The notes below the pieces were generated by a model that saw only the letters and a list, made by a program, of their open reading frames with translations, had not been told where the DNA came from and did not search any database. From positions 1-64,000 of the IMG/VR virus record IMGVR_UViG_3300027509_000002: a stretch of 64,000 nucleotides of DNA; one strand, 5' to 3'. The translations under genes and the position numbers were made by a program. Positions 9,304-19,047 of this stretch are shown one piece after another (positions within the stretch are counted from its first letter, which is position 1; every line of letters starts with the position of its first letter). The stretch comes from a virus.

Positions 9304-10331
9304 AACCCGATACCCTTTTTAGTCACGGATGTCTCTGCCTGAGAATCCATATTATATATATCACATAACCTCATGGGTTCTGTAGTCACGTAATCCACTC
9401 CTAATTTTTTCAATAAAGCATTAGCCTTGTCTGGAACTAAATCCTGTATCTCAGACTGCAACAATAAACGTCCTTTTCTTAACAAGGCGGTGTCAATATT
9501 ATTGATGTCACTATTGATAGTGCAAATGATCTTAATGTTTAATAAATCCTTCATCAATCCATCGGTAAGATTTAATATAGTACTCACATAAGGATTAACT
9601 CCCTGATCTCTTGATCCCAAGATGTTTTCAGCATCTTCAATAATGATAATAGAATTTTTTAAGTCTTCTAATGCAAAATCCATAAAGGATGGGTCAATGA
9701 ACATGTCAATCATATTGTTGGGCAAGAACACAAACTTTTTGGGCACTTCTTTTACAAGGGATCTAATGAGGCTGGTCTTTCCAGTACCAGGTTCAGAGTG
9801 AAAGATCACCAACGATTCCTTGTTTTCAGCTAAACTGCTTTTCAAAAACGCATAATCGACCAGCGTATCTTCATTATAATTTAATGAAATATCTGTAGAT
9901 TGTGTAATGACATCAAAATCAATTAAATAAAGCCCCATGTTACTCGAACCTACAATATGAACTGTATTTTTGTTATTGGGATCATTAGAAATATATGACT
10001 TTATTGACATAAAAATCTGATAACCCGAAATTTTTTCAGGAATAAACGTAAATGTACACCACGTTGTTTTTTTCTTATTGTTTAACGACATTGACATCAC
10101 CATGCCTTGCTCAAAAACCACTTTATTATTATCCAGTGATCGATATTCTTTTCGGACAGTATTGGTTCGCATTAACCTACGTCTCATTTTTTTCACCTCA
10201 CTGGTCTTGATCTCAAAATTGAGTTTGTGATAAACATACACATCGAATTCAGAAACCATTAAATAATGGGCATATTCATAATCGTCTGGATGTGGTGCGG
10301 AACTATTGCTTAAAAAACTCATGTACGTCAT
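9300..10331 (-). CDS. classical AAA ATPase
   Basis: Walker A HSEPGTGKTSL, Walker B IIIIEDAENI, second region of homology DTALLRKGRL. The start is probably MTYMSF. Confidence 0.75.
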   Translation of the reverse strand: MTYMSFLSNSSAPHPDDYEYAHYLMVSEFDVYVYHKLNFEIKTSEVKKMRRRLMRTNTVRKEYRSLDNNKVVFEQGMVMSMSLNNKKKTTWCTFTFIPEKISGYQIFMSIKSYISNDPNNKNTVHIVGSSNMGLYLIDFDVITQSTDISLNYNEDTLVDYAFLKSSLAENKESLVIFHSEPGTGKTSLIRSLVKEVPKKFVFLPNNMIDMFIDPSFMDFALEDLKNSIIIIEDAENILGSRDQGVNPYVSTILNLTDGLMKDLLNIKIICTINSDINNIDTALLRKGRLLLQSEIQDLVPDKANALLKKLGVDYVTTEPMRLCDIYNMDSQAETSVTKKGIGF

Positions 10332-10350
10332 ATTTATATTAGCAATATAT

Positions 10351-10387
10351 AAAAAAAATCCCCAAAACAAATTAATTGTAATGGGGA
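10351..10387 (-). terminator. Rho-independent terminator (minus strand)
   Basis: Minus strand reads TCCCCA, a 17-nt loop, TGGGGA, then T8. It lies just downstream of the 10414-11658 gene. Confidence 0.6.
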
Positions 10388-10413
10388 CTTATGAACAAGC
10401 AAACATGAATAAT

Positions 10414-11658
10414 CTATTGCTTGCCCAATTTTTCTCTTAATGTAGCTAAGTGATCTAATGTCTCATCAGCCGTTTTAGAAACTGATGTAGCTTCTGGTGC
10501 AATAATTGGTGCAGTTTCAGCTACAGGCGTTTTTAAAGCGTGTATGGCTACTCTAATGTCGTCATCTGACATTTCAGAAGACACAACAACTGGTAATTCA
10601 TTTGTCACAATATACGACTTCAATTCAACTCTATTCATAGTTGATGGATCAGTCATGTTTGTAACTGGCATTGGAGCGGTTGTTGTCGCTTCTGGTGCTA
10701 CTGCTGCCTGAGTCTTTACCTCATCCTTTGTTGGTGCATCTGGTATATAGTTTGCAAGCTCTTCTAATTTAGCTAAGAAATCAGGTCTTTTCAATAAACC
10801 GATATTTCTTTCCTCATCGTAATACTTAATACCCTCTAAAGCCCAATCAAAGTGATTTCTATTGTAAACATTCACATACACGTCATCTAAAGACTTCATG
10901 TCAGCTAATTGATTCATGATAGATGCTGGAACTGGATATTCAGTAACTCTCCTATCTGCACCAAGTTTTTTACAAAGCTCAGTTGTGTAGTAGTTTTTAA
11001 TATCATTTGGATTCGTTTTGATAATGATTGGTAAACCCAATACAGAATCAGAAAAAGGATCAGAATCACCTACGATTTGCCCCTCTGCCATTTCACTATT
11101 AGTAATGTCATGCACTCTCTTCACAATAGAAGGCTTTAGAGCTAAAATACCTACATCACCCCAAACTTCTTTACCCGTTGCATCAGTAGTGATTTGCACT
11201 GCATAAACAACGCCCTCAGTAGTCATATTCATAGACCAAAGTGGTTTTCTTTGAAATTTACCGATAACATCTGCCTCAATTGGCCCTCTGTCTCCTAAAA
11301 AATGCTCTGTAGTAACTAAGTGAGCCAAGTGAGCCTTATATAGTTCAATAGGGTCATTTGGAATATTAGCCCCATGCTGTACAGCATTATATAGTTTTTT
11401 TGGCTTCAATGCTATTTGATCAGTTTTTTCATTATTAATCCAAACTTCTGCTGCACGTTTTGTAAAATAGTGCTTAGACATTTGAATATAAGAACCTGAT
11501 TTTGAATCTGGATGTGCTGGAAGTATTCTAAACTTGTGCACCCCTGCATCTTTGTAACTAAGAAAGGTCAATTTTCCTTTTGAACCCCCCTGTGATTGTT
11601 TCATTTCACCAGCTATCTGATTTAAGATAGATAATGAAGAACCTTTTTGATCATTCAT
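10414..11658 (-). CDS. putative ssDNA-binding protein (tentative)
   Basis: The N-terminal pattern GKLTFLSYKDAGVHKFRILP recalls the gp32-type N-terminus. It has a low-complexity A/P/T linker and sits in the replication module. No zinc finger was seen. Confidence 0.3.
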   Translation of the reverse strand: MNDQKGSSLSILNQIAGEMKQSQGGSKGKLTFLSYKDAGVHKFRILPAHPDSKSGSYIQMSKHYFTKRAAEVWINNEKTDQIALKPKKLYNAVQHGANIPNDPIELYKAHLAHLVTTEHFLGDRGPIEADVIGKFQRKPLWSMNMTTEGVVYAVQITTDATGKEVWGDVGILALKPSIVKRVHDITNSEMAEGQIVGDSDPFSDSVLGLPIIIKTNPNDIKNYYTTELCKKLGADRRVTEYPVPASIMNQLADMKSLDDVYVNVYNRNHFDWALEGIKYYDEERNIGLLKRPDFLAKLEELANYIPDAPTKDEVKTQAAVAPEATTTAPMPVTNMTDPSTMNRVELKSYIVTNELPVVVSSEMSDDDIRVAIHALKTPVAETAPIIAPEATSVSKTADETLDHLATLREKLGKQ

Positions 11659-11678
11659 GTGTTTAAATTTATAATTTA

Positions 11679-11691
11679 TTATAAAAACAAA
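11679..11691 (-). promoter_or_regulatory. promoter-like TTTGTTTTTATAA box (minus strand)
   Basis: Exact 13-mer shared with 25298-25310, 20 nt upstream of the ATG at 11658. Confidence 0.35.
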
Positions 11692-11726
11692 ACTATTATA
11701 AAAGTTTTACAATAACTCGCTTTTTT

Positions 11727-12257
11727 CTATTTATTTTTTTTAATAACCTCATTTATTTGATTCTCAATGAGTTCTGCACTAAAATCTTCTGGCACGATAC
11801 TCTTAGATAGAGACAAAAGGGCATCGCCTTTAGCCTTTAAAGAAAACATAAAGCTCTTTGCAATGGAACATCCCTGTTCTGCATCAGCTATCTTTTTTTT
11901 GATCTCTGTATATCTAGGGTCTAATTTAACTGCATTTTCTAAATCATTTATGGTTGGTGCTTTAAACTTTACATTACCTTTTGAATCCGTAGTTTCTATA
12001 GTTAAAGCATCTTTCTTTTCTCCCCAAAGTGTACCAAATACAATATCCTCCTGTATCTTTAATAGTCGCAATTCCTTATCTGCCTGAGCCGATAAAATAG
12101 ATGCATTGTTTAAGGAAACGGGATTTAATAGTAATTCACCAACTACGTTGGCATGATCAATTGATATGATATTGTCGACATCGACATTTTCAGCATATCC
12201 CTCTGTTTTAAAATTAATTGTTTTTCCTCCTATTTCTATTGGTATAATATAGCTCAT
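11727..12257 (-). CDS. hypothetical protein
   Basis: ORF track, in the replication/recombination arm. No recognisable motif. Confidence 0.5.
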   Translation of the reverse strand: MSYIIPIEIGGKTINFKTEGYAENVDVDNIISIDHANVVGELLLNPVSLNNASILSAQADKELRLLKIQEDIVFGTLWGEKKDALTIETTDSKGNVKFKAPTINDLENAVKLDPRYTEIKKKIADAEQGCSIAKSFMFSLKAKGDALLSLSKSIVPEDFSAELIENQINEVIKKNK

Positions 12258-12261
12258 ATTG

Positions 12262-12564
12262 TTATTTGTTAAATGTGTTTATATAGTCTTGATCTTCTTT
12301 GTAGAACCAGAATCCAGGTTTCAGTTTAATCCATCCGCATGCAATACATACTTGCTGTAGTCTCAAATCGGCATTTTCTTCCCAAAAAGCCATCAGCTCT
12401 CTATGCACAGCAAAACACCGAATGGCATCCTGCTTAATATCTTCTAACTCTTCCTCAGTGTACTCTTCACCTTCACTAGCGTATAGCCAGACAAAATACA
12501 AGTACCAATCATCTGGTGTCTTTATTTTACTCTTAAACCACTCTATTCGTTTTATATCTCTCAT
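12262..12564 (-). CDS. hypothetical protein
   Basis: ORF track. Overlaps the upstream gene by 4 nt. Confidence 0.5.
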   Translation of the reverse strand: MRDIKRIEWFKSKIKTPDDWYLYFVWLYASEGEEYTEEELEDIKQDAIRCFAVHRELMAFWEENADLRLQQVCIACGWIKLKPGFWFYKEDQDYINTFNK

Positions 12565-13442
12565 AACTGATCTTTTAGTGATAAATATCTTGTTCCTTTT
12601 AAAAACTGCTGCATTTTAAATGGTCTGTGATAAGTATAATGGGCTTCTAAGAATATTGAATCTTCAAATTTCCCATTGAATGTCACAAGATCCCATGATT
12701 TTTGCATTTTATCAAAGGTAATAGAATCTTTGTAAAGAACATTGGCAATAGCCATCATTTTTTCTAAATCTAGTAATCCATCAGAAATAAAAGCCTCTTT
12801 TTTAGCAATAATCTTCTGCAATGCTTTAGGGCCAACGCCTTTTCTCACTACACGTGGTATATTGTCAGAAACATCACCCAAAAGGATTTTCTCTATGGTT
12901 ACATTTTCTGGAATAATGAGATGCTTACTAAAGTCATCTTTTTTATGAAATATATTGGTGTCAAATATCGAATCAGAGGTCACAAATAATCGATTGTTAC
13001 CCTTTTTCAAAGATAAAGAAGCAATATCTTTCTTTAAATATTGATGTAAGTCTTTATCATTAGATATAATGACACTGGGATCATATAGTTTGGTGCACAA
13101 ATATATAAGATCATCTGCCTCTAAGCCATCGTGCTTTAACGTAATGACTCCATTGCTCTTCAAGAACCATTCTACTTCATCTAAACAGTCGTAGAACCAT
13201 TTCTCTTTTTTCATGCCTCTATTGGCCTTGTAGTTCGGGTCTATGTCCTTACGGTAACTCCTACTGTCAAAACAACAAATCACTTTATCTACCTTTACAA
13301 ACATATTCACTATGTATGAAAAATCGATAAAGAACTTACGAACCATGTGATGTGCATTTTCTTCATCACTTTGATTCTGGTACGACTGCACCTTAAAAAA
13401 AGAACGATAATAGATATTGGATATGTCTACTAATAGATTCAT
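12561..13442 (-). CDS. 5'-3' exonuclease / flap endonuclease (T4 RNase H, Pol I 5'-nuclease family)
   Basis: PIN-like N-terminus MNLLVDISNIYYRSFF. Acidic clusters CCFDSRSYRKD, GLEADDLI and ISNDKDLHQYL. Helical arch region LLGDVSDNIPRV. Confidence 0.8.
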   Translation of the reverse strand: MNLLVDISNIYYRSFFKVQSYQNQSDEENAHHMVRKFFIDFSYIVNMFVKVDKVICCFDSRSYRKDIDPNYKANRGMKKEKWFYDCLDEVEWFLKSNGVITLKHDGLEADDLIYLCTKLYDPSVIISNDKDLHQYLKKDIASLSLKKGNNRLFVTSDSIFDTNIFHKKDDFSKHLIIPENVTIEKILLGDVSDNIPRVVRKGVGPKALQKIIAKKEAFISDGLLDLEKMMAIANVLYKDSITFDKMQKSWDLVTFNGKFEDSIFLEAHYTYHRPFKMQQFLKGTRYLSLKDQL

Positions 13443-13877
13443 CTAATCTTCACTAAGAATTGCGGTGTGATTGTCTATAGGTGTAGTATTCAGTGCCGTT
13501 GTGCCATCAGTCATAGAAAAACCATTTGTTCTACCAGTATCAATACACAATAAGGAATCGTTCATTTCAGACTTATTTTTTTCTTCCTCCCTCATGCATA
13601 TTGCCAGAATACCATAATTAATTAAATCCATTAGACTATCTTCAACAGGTTCGTTCTTCACTTCTGTTTTAGTAGCTAAATTATTGAGCCTCACAATTTT
13701 TGTATTCATAAAACGCAAAATAGAGCCATAGTCTGTATCTCCACTAAGTTTTGCGGTTAATTTAAAGTTACTTAATACATCACCTGATGCTGCATAGTCA
13801 TGCCCCTTTTTTTGTCGTAATTCGTGTAATTCTGAAAATATCCTTTCATATACTACTTTTTGCTCTTCACTTGTCAT
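13443..13877 (-). CDS. MazG-like / DUF1599-like all-alpha NTP pyrophosphohydrolase (tentative)
   Basis: Pattern KKGHDYA..NTKIVRL..EPVEDSLMDLINYGILA resembles MazG-type phage proteins. Overlaps dnaE by 4 nt. Confidence 0.35.
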   Translation of the reverse strand: MTSEEQKVVYERIFSELHELRQKKGHDYAASGDVLSNFKLTAKLSGDTDYGSILRFMNTKIVRLNNLATKTEVKNEPVEDSLMDLINYGILAICMREEEKNKSEMNDSLLCIDTGRTNGFSMTDGTTALNTTPIDNHTAILSED

Positions 13878-16800
13878 TTTATGATTAATTTACTCTGTTT
13901 ATATGATTGTATTTGTACGTTATCTGATCTAAAATCTTTTCTCAAAACGCCTTGAAAATTTACCAACTTACCCTTAGCCGATAATATTTTGTCTTTATTA
14001 GGAGATAAAAAATCATTCCATATAATAGCTTCAATTTTATTTGAATTCTGTTCTACAGTAATCTTACATATCTCACCTACTTTAGTGTTAAACACCCTTG
14101 TTTCTCTAACAATACCAATGACACTGGCTATCTTACCAATATGTTTTTTAGTAATGGAATTAATCTGCATTGGATTTGAAAGTGCACCACCAAGCCCTGC
14201 ATAATCGATAATAGCATAGCCACATAAATCCTTTTGCTTTATTGCAAATGCGGTATTGCTGCATAATCCAGACCCATTCATGAAATCTGTATAGTCATCT
14301 GAATGCATAGTGGCGTGCAACAATGAAGCCCGATTAGAATATTTCGTTCCAACATTCTCAACTTCATCAAATGCACCGCACAATATAAGATTGGTTAGCG
14401 TTCTCTTATCAATTTTTACCCTTGAAACAAAATCATTTAGGCTATAAAATAGCCCCTTTTTTCTTTCCTGAACAACTAAATCTACCTTTTTAACACCGAC
14501 ATACTTAATTGACGATAAAGACCAGTATATTGTATTGTTATCAAAATCTGTATAATAGCTATCACCAGATTTATTGATGTCTGGTGGCATTAGCTTCATG
14601 TGAGCGTTCACACTAATCTCATCTATAATGGATGACAAATTTCTATCGCTGGCATATTGTAGTGCAGTAGTATAGAATTCAAGTGGATAATAACTTTTGA
14701 GCCATTGCGTATAATACCCTGTAATACCGTAACATGCAGCATGAGACTTATTAAAGGCATATTCACCAAAATATTCAATATCTGTCCATAAAGTCGAGGC
14801 TTGTTCTTCTGTATATTGGGAACTAGACATAATGCCATCGATAAATTGATTTTTATACTTCATTAATAAATCAATCGATTTCTTTCCAATGGCTTTTCTC
14901 ATGTCATCAGCATCACCTAAAGTAAAACCAGCCAGATCCGTACAGATCTTCATTACCTGCTCTTGATAGCATAGAACCGAATGCGTTTCATTTAAAATAG
15001 ACTCAGATTTAGGATAATAATTTGGTGCTTCATCACCATTCTTAACTTTAATGTATCTAAGGTGCGATCCTGAGCCCATTGCACCAGGTCTGTACAGCGA
15101 TACCGTTGCAATAATATCTTCAATCGTATTAGGCTTCAATTGCATGCAATAATCCTTTAACCCTGCACCCGACAATTGAAATATATCTTCATTAAACCCC
15201 TTATGAAACAAGCTAAATACTTTTTTATCATTCAATGGTATATCTAGCATATTCAGATCAATACCCTTTGATTGCTTCACTAAAGACTTGATATTCATTA
15301 TCTTATCAAGCTGATTTAAACCCAATAAATCAAGTTTTAAAAAACCATGTCCCTCCAATGTATCTTTTTCCCACTCTGTCACATTATGTCCATCCACTTT
15401 TCTTACAGGCAAATAATCATATACGGTAGTAGGATTACCCTTAGCATCTTCACTAGGGACGATTACAATACCTGCTGCATGAATACCAAATGAACGGGGC
15501 TGCAATTCTAACTGCTCAATCATTTCAATGAGCTTGTGGTGCTTGTTAATTGCCTTTTTGAGTTTCGGTGCAGAAGCAGCAGCTTTAAATAAAGCCTGAA
15601 TTCCATTTCCTGCATCACTTGGGATCATAGCAGTTAGATAATTCGCATCTTTAAACTTTTCACCTCCATACTTAAATAAATCTTTACATAAAGATCGTAA
15701 CTTTAATGCCTGATTTGTTCCAATGAATGCGACATTATTTTCTCCATACTTAGAGAATATATGGTCAATGATTTCCTGTCTATGAGCAGATGGAACATCT
15801 TGATCAATATCTGGCAACGTACCCTTCATTAAACGTGCCTCATTTAAGAAACGTTCAAATAGTAAGCCGTAGGCAATCGGGTCTACTTCCACTATATCTA
15901 GCAAATATGCTATCAAAGATCCAGCAGCAGAACCCCTGCCAATACCAGTGAGTATCTTTTTACCTTTACAATAAAGAATAATGTCCTTTAGTATCAAAAA
16001 ATAGTCAATCACATTACCCTTAGATAACACCATCGCCTCTTTTTCAACTCGCTTCATATATACGGCTTCATCTAAGCCCATAGCAGACACTTTTCTTTGA
16101 AACCCTTCCATAACATAGTGCATAAAGAGATCACTGCTGCTAGAGGCCAATTGCTTTTCCTGTTCACTAAAAATGTACTTTGGTAAATAAGACTGTTCTT
16201 TAACTATGGTGTAGTTACAGTTGTCGCATATATCATTTGTGTTTTTAATGCCATCAGAAAACAACTGCATTAAGAGCTCTTTGTTTTTAAAAAGAGGTGC
16301 ACATTCAATAAATAATTCCTGAAAAGACTTTAGGTATTGGTTTTTGGATAAATTATAGAAACCAGAACCACCGATTTCATTTACCAATATCTTAGTAAAA
16401 GAATCTTCTTTGTCTAAATAAAATGCATCCTGTATTACAACGGGCTTAAACTCATCCATGTGCTTATCAAAGTAAGCCTTTAAATAATTAAGTCGCTTTA
16501 AATCGGTACTATTAGATTTAAACTCGGCAAAATCCACTTGATAATATACATCTGTCATAGAAGACAAGATAAACAGATTACTTAAATCAGTATCGGTGCA
16601 CACCACAATAAAGAGACCATCCATTAGTTTAAAAAAGTCGCCTTCATTGATATAGCCAGCATTCTCTTCTATGGATCTGTGAATGCTTAATAAATTTTTC
16701 CATCCCACTTTACTTTTACAATAAAGTTTTACGTCATATTTAATGTTTTTTGCCCCCATAACGGTGGCCTGCATGCCAATAATGGATTTTAACCCATACT

Positions 16801-17245
16801 GCTCACATGCACCTTGAAACTCTATTACGCCTGCCAATGTATTATGCTCGGCAATACCCAACGATTTATAGCCAGAGAATTTAGCCTTTTTACACCAATC
16901 CTGATAGCTTCTAGTGCCATTTAAAATCTCATACTTACCATGAACACCTAAAAAGGCGTAAAGTTCCTCAGAAGCCCCAATTGACATACCTATGTACTTT
17001 AAAGGCTGTATCTGAAAATATTCTTTACGACTATAATAGTATTTAGTGCCAAATAAAAACATATAGTAATCACACGACTCTAAGTCCTTTATGGTTTTCT
17101 CTGTGAACTGAATCTCAAATTGATCGTCAAAGGTAAAATCCTGCACACGATGTACATGCAAATATCTTTTACCATCTATCACGTAGACACTGCCCTGTTG
17201 TTCAAAGTCAATATTATATGTCTGTAGCCACTTAATAAGCCCCAT
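13874..17245 (-). CDS. dnaE: DNA polymerase III alpha subunit (DnaE-type replicase)
   Basis: 1123 aa. PHP region GIAEHNTLAGV, GRGSAAGSLIAYLLDI, palm motif LPDIDQD, HAAGIVI, and an OB-like C-terminus. Confidence 0.9.
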   Translation of the reverse strand: MGLIKWLQTYNIDFEQQGSVYVIDGKRYLHVHRVQDFTFDDQFEIQFTEKTIKDLESCDYYMFLFGTKYYYSRKEYFQIQPLKYIGMSIGASEELYAFLGVHGKYEILNGTRSYQDWCKKAKFSGYKSLGIAEHNTLAGVIEFQGACEQYGLKSIIGMQATVMGAKNIKYDVKLYCKSKVGWKNLLSIHRSIEENAGYINEGDFFKLMDGLFIVVCTDTDLSNLFILSSMTDVYYQVDFAEFKSNSTDLKRLNYLKAYFDKHMDEFKPVVIQDAFYLDKEDSFTKILVNEIGGSGFYNLSKNQYLKSFQELFIECAPLFKNKELLMQLFSDGIKNTNDICDNCNYTIVKEQSYLPKYIFSEQEKQLASSSSDLFMHYVMEGFQRKVSAMGLDEAVYMKRVEKEAMVLSKGNVIDYFLILKDIILYCKGKKILTGIGRGSAAGSLIAYLLDIVEVDPIAYGLLFERFLNEARLMKGTLPDIDQDVPSAHRQEIIDHIFSKYGENNVAFIGTNQALKLRSLCKDLFKYGGEKFKDANYLTAMIPSDAGNGIQALFKAAASAPKLKKAINKHHKLIEMIEQLELQPRSFGIHAAGIVIVPSEDAKGNPTTVYDYLPVRKVDGHNVTEWEKDTLEGHGFLKLDLLGLNQLDKIMNIKSLVKQSKGIDLNMLDIPLNDKKVFSLFHKGFNEDIFQLSGAGLKDYCMQLKPNTIEDIIATVSLYRPGAMGSGSHLRYIKVKNGDEAPNYYPKSESILNETHSVLCYQEQVMKICTDLAGFTLGDADDMRKAIGKKSIDLLMKYKNQFIDGIMSSSQYTEEQASTLWTDIEYFGEYAFNKSHAACYGITGYYTQWLKSYYPLEFYTTALQYASDRNLSSIIDEISVNAHMKLMPPDINKSGDSYYTDFDNNTIYWSLSSIKYVGVKKVDLVVQERKKGLFYSLNDFVSRVKIDKRTLTNLILCGAFDEVENVGTKYSNRASLLHATMHSDDYTDFMNGSGLCSNTAFAIKQKDLCGYAIIDYAGLGGALSNPMQINSITKKHIGKIASVIGIVRETRVFNTKVGEICKITVEQNSNKIEAIIWNDFLSPNKDKILSAKGKLVNFQGVLRKDFRSDNVQIQSYKQSKLIIK

Positions 17246-17550
17246 TATCCCTGTCTGCCGTGTTTGCGTTCAAAATATCTTCTGTCTTTACCTCCCAAAG
17301 TAGGCATAATTTCTTTCTTAAAGTGCTCAGTAGCTCTTTTTTTTGCTTCTGCTTTAGTACGTCCTTTTTTGTGTTTTCCAGAAATAATAGTAAAGGCGTG
17401 TCCATCACCCTGTTCTCGAACATCTACATTTTCCTTAGTACACTCTGGGCATACAGGGTTTTTTTCACGATTAGACCAAACATATTCTTTAAAATAATGC
17501 TCACAGTCATTACACTGAAAACTCTCTTCATATAGGGTTATTCTACTCAT
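17245..17550 (-). CDS. zinc-ribbon protein (FmdB-like)
   Basis: YEESFQCNDCEHYF..NPVCPECTK gives a CxxC..CPxC ribbon, followed by a basic tail. Confidence 0.45.
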   Translation of the reverse strand: MSRITLYEESFQCNDCEHYFKEYVWSNREKNPVCPECTKENVDVREQGDGHAFTIISGKHKKGRTKAEAKKRATEHFKKEIMPTLGGKDRRYFERKHGRQG

Positions 17551-18278
17551 ATTTCTTCAATTCTTTCTTTAGCTATTTCAAAATATTTATCATCCATTTC
17601 TATTCCTATGAAATTTCTGTTTAGATTCTTACACGCTACTCCTGTTGTTCCTGATCCCATACAGTTATCCAAAACAAGATCTCCTTCGTCACTAAATGAA
17701 CTAATTAGAAATTCCATTAAGCTTACTGGTTTTTGTGTGGGATGGAGCTGATCTTGTCTTCTCCATTTTTGTTGAAAAAATTGCACTGTCCCTGGGTATC
17801 TAAAGCCATAATTAACAGTCTCGCTATCGTTTGTTACCCCTAATTTATGATTATTAGGTTTACTGCCTTTATTAGCTTTTCTTTTCCTGTAGTAAGGCTC
17901 TCCTTTTATTAATTGAGGGTTGTACTTAACTTTTCCGCTACCAAATATCAGAATACTCTCATGCTTTGCAATTGGTCTATACTTAGCAGTAAAAGCACTT
18001 CCGCTTTTGCTTTTATGCCATACAATTTCATACTTATACATTTTTTCATTACTTAATGCAAGTTTGTAGGTGAATAATCCTGTACCAAACAAAGCAATAG
18101 CACCGCCCTTCTTTATAATTCTTTTGTATTGCTCCCACAGCAAATTATTAGGCATTGCATTATCCCAATCATTTGAAGTGCTGCCATAAGGTAAGTCACA
18201 GCAAATAAAATCAACACTATCGTCTGGAATGTTTTTCATTTCCTCTAAGCAGTCGCCTTTTATTAAATTAATTTTCAT
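17547..18278 (-). CDS. DNA methyltransferase, beta-class N6A/N4C, variant motif IV
   Basis: Motif IV reads CDLPYGS rather than DPPY. HPTQKP is present. C-terminal motif I is NCMGSGTTGVA. Confidence 0.8.
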   Translation of the reverse strand: MKINLIKGDCLEEMKNIPDDSVDFICCDLPYGSTSNDWDNAMPNNLLWEQYKRIIKKGGAIALFGTGLFTYKLALSNEKMYKYEIVWHKSKSGSAFTAKYRPIAKHESILIFGSGKVKYNPQLIKGEPYYRKRKANKGSKPNNHKLGVTNDSETVNYGFRYPGTVQFFQQKWRRQDQLHPTQKPVSLMEFLISSFSDEGDLVLDNCMGSGTTGVACKNLNRNFIGIEMDDKYFEIAKERIEEI

Positions 18279-19047
18279 TTATTCTGTTTTTTGCTATTTC
18301 AAAGTATTTGTCATCTTGTTCAATTCCTATGAAGTTTCTGTTTAAGTTCTTAGCTGCTACTCCTGTTGATCCTGAACCCATTGTGAAATCAAGCACTGTT
18401 TCACCTTCATTGGTGTAGGTTTTAATTAAGTATTCCATTAGTTCTACTGGTTTTTGTGTTGGGTGAACTCTTGCGTTTATATCAAATTTATAAGTTTTTG
18501 TTTTCGCCTGCGGTATTGGCACTGGATAACAAATTATACTAAATGGATTTCTAGTGCCATCGTCTTTTTTATATTTCCTTACAGATTTTGCATAGATCGT
18601 GTTTCCAAACTCTACTTCCTTAAAGGTTTTTCGTTTAGTTAAGAATTCTTTATCTGTCACTCCCCATTTCTGTGGTAAATATTGGTATTTAGAAGATTTA
18701 GAAAATACAATAATGTTTTCATGCACCTTAATATGCTTTTGTTTTGCCCCAAAGCCACTACCGCCCTTGTTTTTTAACCAAATAATGTCATCTCTAAAGT
18801 TTTTAATATTACTCATCCTTAATGCACTACTAAACGGCTCACTACCAAATAAAACAATAGCCCCGTTAGGTTTTATAATTCTATGCAACTGCTCCCACAT
18901 AGGCTCAAAAGGAATAACCGAATCCCACTTACAAGCAGTAGTTCCATAAGGAGGATCTGTGATAATAGCATCTACTTTTATTCCTAAATCCACCATGCCT
19001 TGCATAATTTCAAGGCACTCTCCTTTAAATAAATCTATATCACTCAT
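18268..19047 (-). CDS. DNA methyltransferase, beta-class N6A/N4C
   Basis: Motif IV TDPPYGT, HPTQKP, C-terminal motif I FTMGSGSTGVA. Paralog of 17547-18278. Confidence 0.85.
   Translation of the reverse strand: MSDIDLFKGECLEIMQGMVDLGIKVDAIITDPPYGTTACKWDSVIPFEPMWEQLHRIIKPNGAIVLFGSEPFSSALRMSNIKNFRDDIIWLKNKGGSGFGAKQKHIKVHENIIVFSKSSKYQYLPQKWGVTDKEFLTKRKTFKEVEFGNTIYAKSVRKYKKDDGTRNPFSIICYPVPIPQAKTKTYKFDINARVHPTQKPVELMEYLIKTYTNEGETVLDFTMGSGSTGVAAKNLNRNFIGIEQDDKYFEIAKNRINEN

Noticed and set aside
10414-11658. A confident T4 gp32 homology call for the SSB candidate.
   Set aside because: Only the N-terminal basic/hydrophobic pattern is reminiscent. The gp32 Cys3-His zinc site and the acidic C-terminal tail are not evident. 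It is kept as a low-confidence call.
17232-17535. Three extra overlapping ORFs (17232-17423 minus, 17260-17535 plus, 17264-17497 plus) at the zinc-ribbon gene locus.
   Set aside because: They overlap the CxxC..CPxC ribbon ORF, which is itself coupled to the flanking dnaE and methyltransferase genes. The alternatives are Phe/Ser/Leu-rich with no motifs.
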